A stretch of 64,000 nt of DNA. Origin: Tubulanus polymorphus. Lineage: Eukaryota; Animalia; Nemertea. The position numbers were made by a program, and so were the translations under genes. The notes beneath the pieces were generated by a model. The model was given only the letters and a program-made list of their open reading frames with translations, ran no database searches and was not told the origin of the DNA. Positions 54,701 through 64,000 of the stretch are shown here, piece by piece; position 1 is the stretch's first letter; every line of letters starts with the position of its first letter. The stretch lies in the NCBI RefSeq assembly GCF_964204645.1, contig NC_134036.1:3162001-3226000 (forward strand), read 5' to 3'.

Positions 54701-56904
54701 TTATTCAAAAAATATTCATTCCGGAATATTTAAGGATGGAATTTCCAGGTGTCCGGACCACATGAACACCCCCTGGATCCGCCACTGCCGTAAGATGTAC
54801 ACGTATTCCATCGCCGCAGGTTTCACGATTACACGATTTTCCCGGAACAACTGTTCACGCGGGTGCCAAGTGACACAAAATGAATTCTTATCCAAGTAAT
54901 GATCATAGTTTCACCAAGTAGGAAAAGACGATGTGGCATGGAAGTGACAGTTGTCCTCAATTTACAATGAAAATATCGTCCTTACCTTTTAAAAACCTTC
55001 TCTCCATTCAACAACAGTTCCATCGATTGTCAAACCATTTCAGCCACACAGAATGAATATTCTCGATGAGTTTCCTCGTCTTTTACTCCATCAAATACCA
55101 TAAGCAACGACACCACCTGAAATTTATGATAGCCATCATCAGGCAATTTATCTCGGAACTGGAGACCTCGGTTGATAACTTCTGTGACGAATAGTCATCT
55201 TGAAAGCAGTAGAGGAGAATTATCCTACAATGGCATTCTTTATGTCCCTTTCGGCTTGGAAATCGGTTTTGCCAGAGGGGAGAATGCTAGTGGGGTACAC
55301 GGAGAGCAACAGTCGCAATCGAGGATTCCACGTATGGCAGGCGAGGATCCACCAGGCTCGGTAGTTTTTACTCGGTCGTCCGCGTTCGATTTCTTCTACA
55401 TTCCAATCAAAACCGAATGAATTATTAATGAAAGCTATAACGATATCCGAGTAGAAAACGAATTTATTGTACATTCGGTAGGACCTGTGATAATATATTA
55501 TATGGATTCGGGAGTCTAAACATTCACTGAAAATATACTGGCTTTGACAACGTTCGTCACGCCATGTGGTGGGATAGCTGATGTTCGGGATTCCCCATTA
55601 AAGATCCATTAATCATATGGATGATGAGGCCATAGAGGGATTAAAGGAGTTTCCTTTTTCTATGAACAATCTTCGTCACTATATCAATTTCATCATCCAC
55701 AGTATGTTCGGAGGATTCATCGGGGTTGCCGTCATTTGTGGAAGGTTATGTGCCTTTGATTAAGAACAGTAAAAGAAGAGGTGCAAGTTGTTATCTCAAT
55801 AAAGTCTTTATTAAATATATTATCATCGTTATACAGATAAAATGGCTACAAAAACAGATGAAATGGCAGTTTCCCAAAGCCTTGTTAGGAGCCATGGCCC
55901 ATATGCAGAAAACTATAGTGCCTTACAAAATAACATCTTCGGAATGAAGGAGTTGAATTTGTTTCCTCACTGTTCAGCAATTTCTTTCTGCATAAGGGCC
56001 TAGCAGTTCCGAGTTTTTAATGTATTACCATCCAGAACTGTGGAACTGAATCCTTAATGTAAATTATTAGCAAAGGAAACAAAACTGAAGATGAAAAAGC
56101 GTGTGGAATGCGCTTTAAATCGTTAGAAATTATTTCAACAAAAATGAAATTGCAAGTTACACATTAATATTGTTATAGGAATAAAAGAAAATAACACAGT
56201 TAGGAAGTTTTTTGATACTAATTTGATTGAAATATCTTTTTTGTAGTTGTTCACAGTAGAAGATAAAGAATGAACAAAATATCGTAACACACAAAATAAA
56301 CAACTTTTTCTTTACATCAACAACATTCGTAATCTTCTCTTTATGATTTAACCACCTCAAATACGTTCTAGTAATGTCGAGTGGAAAATGATGAAATGAA
56401 ATCGTCCAGCTCCACAGCTGAGAGGCTTAGATTTGACCATGATTGTTTACTGCACGATTGTCAAGATGAAACCAACTGTGGAACTGGTTGAGAAAGATTA
56501 TGAAATAGACTCTTGTTAGTTTCAGCTTGGAATTATTATCTTGGCACGATAACTACTCCAAGTTTCCGGGCAACTAAAGAAAATACCAAGCATACCAGCG
56601 CGTGAAAATGCAGGCGGTAGGATAAATATAGCTACGAGCAAAAATTCTTTTTCATTGGAATATTGATTTATGACAACTTCCAATTCCCCACAAGGAAAAA
56701 CAACATCGTTTTGATTATCCGAATATTCAATTTAATTTTGTCATACATGTGCATGTAGATGTACGTGTAATTTAATCACGATAATGTCGGGAATGAGAAA
56801 GCCGTCATTATGGTAACTAATCACAATTTGTTTTATGGTAGAAACTTGCAGCCTTGAAGGCCTGCAGCGATGTACAGCATGATCAGATGTGGAATGCAGA
56901 ATGG

Positions 56905-59900
56905 TTAGTCATGTTTAGTGTGCGGCAGACCGGGTTCAGTTTTAGACTTACAGCAACAACAACAACAAATCAGCAACATTAACGACACGATTGCGGCACT
57001 TATACCTCCAATGACTGAGTACCGGACATTCGCGGACGTAGAACCGGACATAAACTCCTGTTGAGAAGAGCAAAAACATTTTGATCATTTTTCAAGGTTT
57101 TGAGATTTTTTTAGAATTCATAGTCAACGAGTTCTTTAAAGGGTAATCATGAGAAGATTCCAAAATGCTAAATTACCTTTATTTTCAATGCTATTTGACT
57201 CGTAAATTCATCACTGAAACAGAAAATTGAAAATTGTTATGATACTCTACTAACAAACTTGGGGTTGAGCCAAAGAATTATACTAAACTTATAGCAATAT
57301 CACAGGGAACAAGCCAAATGAGATAGAAGTGTAATGAAGTATTGTCATTCAATTTTCACGTCATATTAACAAGCTTTTGTCTTCCGTGAAGCGCGACCTT
57401 CGATAGAAAATATAGCCGTACTTTTATTCTTAGTATTTCTCATGTGAATCAGTACTTATGTATTTTCGATTAGAAATCTAACTTAACGACGAACGAAAAA
57501 TTCGGCAATTTGATAATCTTTCATTATCTGGTTGAATACTGTAATGAAACTTACAAAGGAGTTGGCTCCACGGCAACTGGGCCGTTCTTTGAATATTTAT
57601 ACGTATTTTTAGGGAAAGCTTCCAAATCGGTAAAAGTAATCGTCCGACTGGGCATCGGAAACAAGTATTGTTTGCCTTTCCTAAACCTGCAATCGATAAT
57701 AGAATACAGCTGCATTTTATTCTAATAATGACCATAAAACTAGCATACATCAATAGCGATGAACAACTGATATACTTACAGGTAGATTTCTGGGCATTTT
57801 TTTACGCCGAAGCGTTTCTTCAATCTGGTATTAGTTTTTGTATTGACCATAGCCGTGTTTACATATTCATGCGAGAACCTGCAATAAATGAGGAGGAAGT
57901 CAGTAAAGGGATAATTCTGAATGACCTGAGAAAAAAGACGACTGTATTTCTCGGGCACTTTTTTGAATTATCAAAAATTTCGTCCTCCATTTGCTATCAA
58001 CTTACTGAGTGGCCAATGTTTCAAATGTTATCTTCATGTTTTCCTTTAAACACTCACCATCGTGGCTGCAAAAAATCAAAGACAATGTTGAAAATACTCT
58101 TCTGATAGGTGCAAACGAAATTATCCTCTGAATTAGTTTTTAAGGCCATCTTCAGACTAAGGGTGGGGCATAGTGATTGGGATAACCAGACATCATGCAG
58201 CTATGGTGGAAGAGCAATGAACTGGAAGGACACGCATGTTTCGCAATAACCAATGAACAGAATCGTTGCAATAAGTTCTGCAAAAGAGCAAATGACCAGC
58301 TGTGCTTGGAGATGATAACTTACAAGATAACAAGCCAGTCGCCGGTGGTTGCTCCGGTAGCCGCTTGTGTTTCATGTTCGAACGAATCGTCGTTCAGCGA
58401 TTTCAATTGCGGTTCATGTCTGGCTACATCTTCTAGATGGTTTAGAATTGCTTGTGGTTTCATAGTCAAATGAGCTGAGAAAAGACGGAGATCATGTTGA
58501 CGAGTACAGGTGAATGAAAAAATACGTTAAGTAAAGTCCAACGCACACAGCACAGATGTTCGATTTGAACATTTTTATCGTTTGTGGGTAAAATCTTAAC
58601 TAAAAACGTATCGTTAAAAAAAGTATTTTTTGCGTTTATGAGACAACGGTTTTGCCGTGTGCGTTTGGTTTAATGAATGAAAGGGCATTAACGATGATCA
58701 ATAAATGGTTTGTGGCTCATATGGAAAGCTACTCTCCTCTCAAAACTATAGAAGTGGCATCCTATTGATGATACTTTCAGTAAGTGCGTTCATGACGATC
58801 AACAAGGGGTGGATTATGATTCAAATAATTTCCCTAAGTAAATGTACTTACGATTTATATAGACTGGCGTTGTGTTTTTTCTGTACAACAAAACAACAAA
58901 GTTTACGCTCAATCGTAACGCCACGTTTTGGTGAAGTGCATCGTCAGTAACGTGAACAGCCCGAAAATCTGCCAAAAAACATAACATCAGGATGAATTGA
59001 ATGATTTCAAGTTTGACATAGTATTGATTATGGTCAATATTGTCTATCTATAAAACAGTTCAATGATATCTTCATAGATGCGCTAACAATTAACATATAC
59101 TAAACAGCAGGGCCCGGTTTCATAGACTGAGTATCTAAGTTATCCCTAGGGATAAATCCTCAATCTGGTTAACAACCACCATAGTAACAATGAGAAACCA
59201 TGGTTATAACTGACAAATTTCAAAATGTTCCCAGGGACTCTTTTTCTTCCATATCTATGAAACCCAGTCCAGGATATTATTGCGGCTTAATCGAAATGTG
59301 CAAAAAAAGTAGAGACCACAAAAGAATAGATGAACAATGGCCACTACAGGAAGTTAGCGCTTCAGTGAAGGCATCTGCCCTCAGACAAATAAAATCAAAT
59401 AGAGCAATGTAGCAGTAGAAAAGCCCGGACACTCTGAAAATATATAATAAGTTTAAAACCTAATATACCCAAAATTTGTATGATTTATTCAAAATTAAAG
59501 CCAAAAGAAACGACGTTTCGAACTCTCGCTAATTCGCTTCTAAATCTTCTAAACTTTGTACAGAGTGAGTTAAAATTATTAGAGCAATGTGGCGCATTGA
59601 TGAAACTAACAATTCTATGAATGATCATCATCATCAATATTATTCATTGATCATAATCATTGTGAATTTAATGGATTGCCGCATGTAGCCCGCAGGCCGT
59701 TGTTGAAGCAGATGCCACCACGACCATTATTTCATTATTTCCAGAATATATAGCAATGTGTTTGCATCTATAACACGAACATATGGCAATAATAGATGAC
59801 TTCTTGCAAACAATAAAAACGTATGGATTGTTTCTACATGATTCATAGTCTAGATTATTTGATATATGAATAGGTTGTGACTTGAAAAAAATCTCATTTA

Positions 59901-62177
59901 CATAAAGTAAAATCGATTAAGCAGTAGTACACAGGTTGGTCTCTGTATGTCGGTGACAATGCCATGAAATGTCTACTGCACATTACAAGCCAACCTTGTG
60001 ATGATTTCAATATCGTCAATTATTTGACAACATCTTTGTAATTTGAATTTATTGATATGAAATTTGATGAATCTATGAATGAATCCTTTACCTTCGAGGT
60101 CGGTATTCTCAGCAATGTCCACTAGAACTTCAGAAGCGCGAATACATTCTTGGCTACATTTTGTGTTACCTGTAAAAAAAGCTCTATCATCGTTAACATA
60201 ATCTCAGTTTTTGCATGAGTAGCAAGTTCCCTTGAGGAGGACTCCTTCACCTGAGTTGAGCCCAGTTTGACTCCGTTATTCTATTTACCTAACAGGACTA
60301 GCACCAATGGAGTCTGGGAGACCAACTGTTCCAAATCTTCGGATTTAATTTCTGGTAATCTTGGCCGCGGTCGTTCGGGAGTAACAACAGGCGGCTGCTG
60401 TGTGGTTTCTGGTACCTTTGGAGGCTGTTCAGTGGCTTGCTGGACCACGGGAGGTTGTTCTGTAGTTTCCTGGACAACCGGTGGTTGATGGGTGGTTTCT
60501 TGGACGACAGGTTGTTCTTGGCTTGCAGTACTAGGCTCGACGATTGGTGGTGATGCAGTAGTTCCCTCTTCACCGGGGTCTGCTTCATGTAATTCTTGTT
60601 CTTCAAATGACGAGGGCTCCTCTTCTTCACTTGCAGGGTAATACTCGTCCTGGTTAAATTTAAAGGGACGCCAAATGAAAGATTTGGTGATGAGAGCCGT
60701 TTACAGCCGTTTTTTAAAATCGATTCCAGAGAAAATTTAAATGTTGGCTATGCAGTGAAAGTCCGTTATAACGCCATCGTTTGTAATGGCACTACTCACT
60801 TAAGGCCACAATTTTTCCGAGTACAATTTGCTCAATCTAACTCACATTCAATGAAAATGTCATTCTTTATAACGCTGTTAAATTCTTTTTAACGCCATGT
60901 TTTTCACTGGACAGTGGCGTTATGAATGACTTTTGAATATCATAAAAATTTGGTCCTCATCTTTGAGTTTTTCTTGCACTTTGACATAGATTATTGCACC
61001 CATTTGAAAAAAGCGATATGTGGAGGAAAATTATCTTCATCTAATCAAATATCTATAAATATCGTAAGATGTTTTTCTCGTTTTTGTCTCCATCATATCG
61101 CATGGGAGAAGTTATTAGTAAGCGTTATAGGAATTTTGTAATAAATGGACCAAGTAAAGTTCGACCAGGACAAGGTCTTCTACTGATCAGTAGTGACTGA
61201 GAGAATGGCCACTGGGCATGAAATTAACCAGACACAGCCATCTTCATTGAGAATTCCACATATCGAAAAACTGGATCAGCATCGTGTATAATGCGTGTAC
61301 ATATATACATATGTACAGTAGAATTGTTTAATTCGAATCTCACATTTATCGGTTTGACTCACAATCAATAAATACATTTCTCGACAATATCAATGAACGA
61401 TTCGATAAACCCTGTATATTTTCATTTCGAATGGCCAGATGTCAACCTCAACAAGTACGCTCTTGAGTTTATAGCAAGTGGCTATTGCTTTTGTGTCAAA
61501 TTATTGATAGCCAATGTTTATATAGAATACAAGCAACGTATCATAGTGAAGAATTATCAATCCAATTATGTTACAATTAAAATAGAATCCCATACAAACT
61601 ACCATCAAAAATTCGTTTCTTTTAAGAAATACGTTACGTGTAGACTACCCGTAAAATGAGGGGGAAAACCGGATATAAAACGGCATAGTTTTGGCTCCGT
61701 TCCGGTCCGTCCCTAATTCACACAACATTCAATTTGAAATGCAAACGGAAGAACGATGCATCGTGATCTAAATAAATCGTATATGCGAACCATTTAAACT
61801 TATTTTCTCTGGATGTATTATAGCTTGACCTACCTACTGACGCGTTCATCTAGTTCTCTAGACTTGTTCAACTAAGTCAAGCTATTTATTATATATTATC
61901 CATGAGTGGAAATAAATCTAAATGGTTCAATCACATAGAGAAACTTGGATAGAAGAATTTACATAATTCTATTCGAATCAATATATTATTGAAATTTGCA
62001 GTCTAGCCTCAAACTAGCACCGGCCAAGCACGATTAAAAGTATCGAAATTTTTGTGAAAATAATGAATTGAGAAATGTTCTAACCTCTGGATTTAGTTCC
62101 TCTGACGTCGGCTCCTCCTGAGAATGAGTTAGCGTCGCTGTCAACACCAGAATCAGCAGCAATAGCGTCTTTTTCAT
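56905..62177 (-). CDS. Thioredoxin-domain-containing ER membrane protein (TMX/TXNDC-like), 426 aa
   Basis: Exons 62177-62085, 60649-60289, 60169-60092, 58968-58852, 58474-58324, 58065-58006, 57878-57780, 57686-57555, 57213-57177, 57057-56905 (1281 nt, open). Signal peptide MKKTLLLLILVLTATLTHS; Trx-like signature LNDDSFEHETQAATGATTGDWLVIF; RLKKRFGVKKCPEIYLFRKGKQY; VEPTPFD; TM helix VIGGISAAIVSLMLLI; tail CCCCCCKSK...HTKHD*. Confidence 0.88.
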
Positions 62178-62544
62178 TGCGTATTTTCGGCGGACGGAGA
62201 ATACGTGGCTAATGGACGCAGCCATGTTGGAAATGGTCCGGTTGAAACCTTTGCGCCATCTGCTTTGCTTGGCAGCTTCGATGGTTAATTGCTGGCAACC
62301 ATTCAATTAGAAAATGGTTTCGCGCACCAATTCGCCATCTATCGAATATTTTACGAGATATTGCACTAGATCTATCGTTTCGGGTTCGGGAACTACATGT
62401 AGTAGACCTTTCTCCTGATCGAGGCACTGTCCCCAATTTTGCCAAAATCTTAAACTATACTGCGCATTGGCTGGTGGGTGGAGAAGAGTGGCGTGGGTCA
62501 CAACAAAATCGTTTTCTCCTACAATTTCAGGCCATAAACACCAG

Positions 62545-62652
62545 GGCCGGTTTTATAGACTGGTATAACCTTTAACCCGGGGGCTAACTCAATTGACAAT
62601 GAATTGAGTTAGCCCCCGGGTTAAAGGTTATACCAGTCTATAAAACCGGCCC
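62545..62652. mobile_element. Near-perfect palindromic MITE with CAG target duplication
   Basis: CAG|GGCCGGTTTTATAGACTGGTATAACCTTTAACCCGGGGGCTAACTCAATT-gacaatg-AATTGAGTTAGCCCCCGGGTTAAAGGTTATACCAGTCTATAAAACCGGCCC|CAG. Confidence 0.85.
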
Positions 62653-62944
62653 CAGGCTTCTTAATGAAAAGAATATGTCCTTCAAATAGCGATTTGGGAT
62701 TTGCTTCTTTAAACCATAAGAGGTTTAGTTCAGAATCCTTCATATAGTAGAATCCATGCTTGATTCAAAAATGATTGCAGAATTGCCAAGAATAGAGAAT
62801 CAGCGATATTCTCCGAAACGAGAAGTAGCATAAGTAAAATAAGCAGGAAATTTTACAGGAAAAATGTTTCTTTTTATTTTCAGGTTGAAATCGTTTTTTA
62901 TGAGAACAGAATTAATCGACTTTTCATCCATATCATCATTTTGA

Positions 62945-62978
62945 ATAATAATTAATAAAAATAATAATTATAATTATG

Positions 62979-63015
<37 letters not shown>
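62945..63015. repeat. (AAT)n microsatellite
   Basis: Direct read. Other simple repeats: (CAG/CTG)n at ~783-807, ~5572-5596 and ~46275-46321; (ATATCA)n at ~53790-53825. Confidence 0.9.
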
Positions 63016-64000
63016 TACATAGCACATATGCCACTCTTTACTGGCCATCACGACGCAAATTGATTAAGTTGACCGATGTAGTTCACAACATGCGGGACGA
63101 AGTGCTTGACAATACAGCAACTTGATTCCAGAATATATACACATCACCGACCAACTTTTTAAAAACATGTTCTTAAGGAAATTCAAGGGTTTTCATCGCC
63201 CCCTATACCCGCTAAAATCAGTAAACAGTTTTCCTTATTGCCCGAACGGAAACCACTAATCGATTTATAAAACAAATAGTTATGATGGACTGCTGCCAGA
63301 ACTTAAAACGCACGCAACGATACAAAATGGCACAAACCAATAAAAATGGCTGCCTCTATGATTCTTCCGATGACATCATTGAAAATAAAATTACAGTACA
63401 GAATTCAATTTAATGTCATAAGGAAAATAGTGGCATGGCAAGGGGAGGTGCACATACCCCTAAGATGTCAAATTGCCCTCAAATTTTATGGGAAAATGAA
63501 AAACATTAACTATAGAATATCAACTGTTTCAAAAATGAACTCAGTACTTTTCAAGGTAATGTTTCCAGTTGATCAGGTGGCCTTGTAATTATATGATAAT
63601 TATATTTTGAGGGTGCACCCTCCCTGAATCAGATCCTAACTCTGCGCCCCTGTATGGTAATAAGTTATGTCACAGGGGAATTCATGAAGGCAGCCATACG
63701 TTCAGAACCGGTCAATACATGTATGCTGCCCACATGAGTAAATGCCGCCTTTTCAGAAAACAATGAAAACCGTTTATAATTCATTCTATTTTGACATATG
63801 CATCATGTATGACCAACCTCTCGATTCTCAAGGCAGAGGGAAAATCCAGGGGCGGATTTAGGGGGTGGTCTTGGGGGTCTGGACCACTGCCTTTCCATTG
63901 AGGTTGCCCTTTACGTTAAAACTGCAAATTTGACACTCTCTCAAAATGTGCATCTTTAAGGATGTATTTCTTCAAAAATATCTTAACACCGAGGGTGGGA

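Noticed and set aside
54985-55780. Coding-like minus-strand region
   Set aside because: Stops occur in all frames and no family could be recognised. It may be a decayed gene or TE, but tBLASTx would be needed.
57456-57477. Short terminal exon (LFLIENT*) for the thioredoxin-like gene
   Set aside because: Exons 57213-57177 and 57057-56905 supply the expected PFD motif, TM helix and tail.
58058-58065. 8-nt microexon CCACGATG|GTGAGT
   Set aside because: Reading on to the donor at 58006 gives a 60-nt exon that preserves the frame and the Trx helix.

Overview
AT-rich, intron-containing metazoan DNA; gene content and repeats suggest an invertebrate, probably a lophotrochozoan (inference). Six genes were assembled by hand from GT-AG splice sites with continuous reading frame. 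(1) A + strand type I PIP5-kinase (PIP5K1, ~7.4-28 kb) with an unusual 835-codon first exon, a cluster of candidate microexons and several alternative last exons. (2) A - strand 8-exon, 377-aa pantothenate-kinase-fold (fumble/type II PanK) protein whose catalytic motifs all appear degenerate, a candidate pseudo-PanK. (3) An intronless - strand rhodopsin-class GPCR, probably nested in the 5' UTR intron of gene 4. (4) A 12-exon + strand KLHDC4. (5) A 2-exon, 51-aa secreted inhibitor-cystine-knot (ICK) peptide resembling nemertide-alpha toxins, absent from the ORF track. (6) A 10-exon - strand ER membrane protein with two thioredoxin-like domains, a mucin-like stalk and a hexa-cysteine tail. Non-coding DNA is dense in MITEs, HINE/Helentron-like elements with tandem arrays, tRNA-derived elements and a 44-bp minisatellite. 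No CRISPR arrays, rRNA genes or intact tRNA genes were seen. All family assignments rest on motif recall, not database searches.
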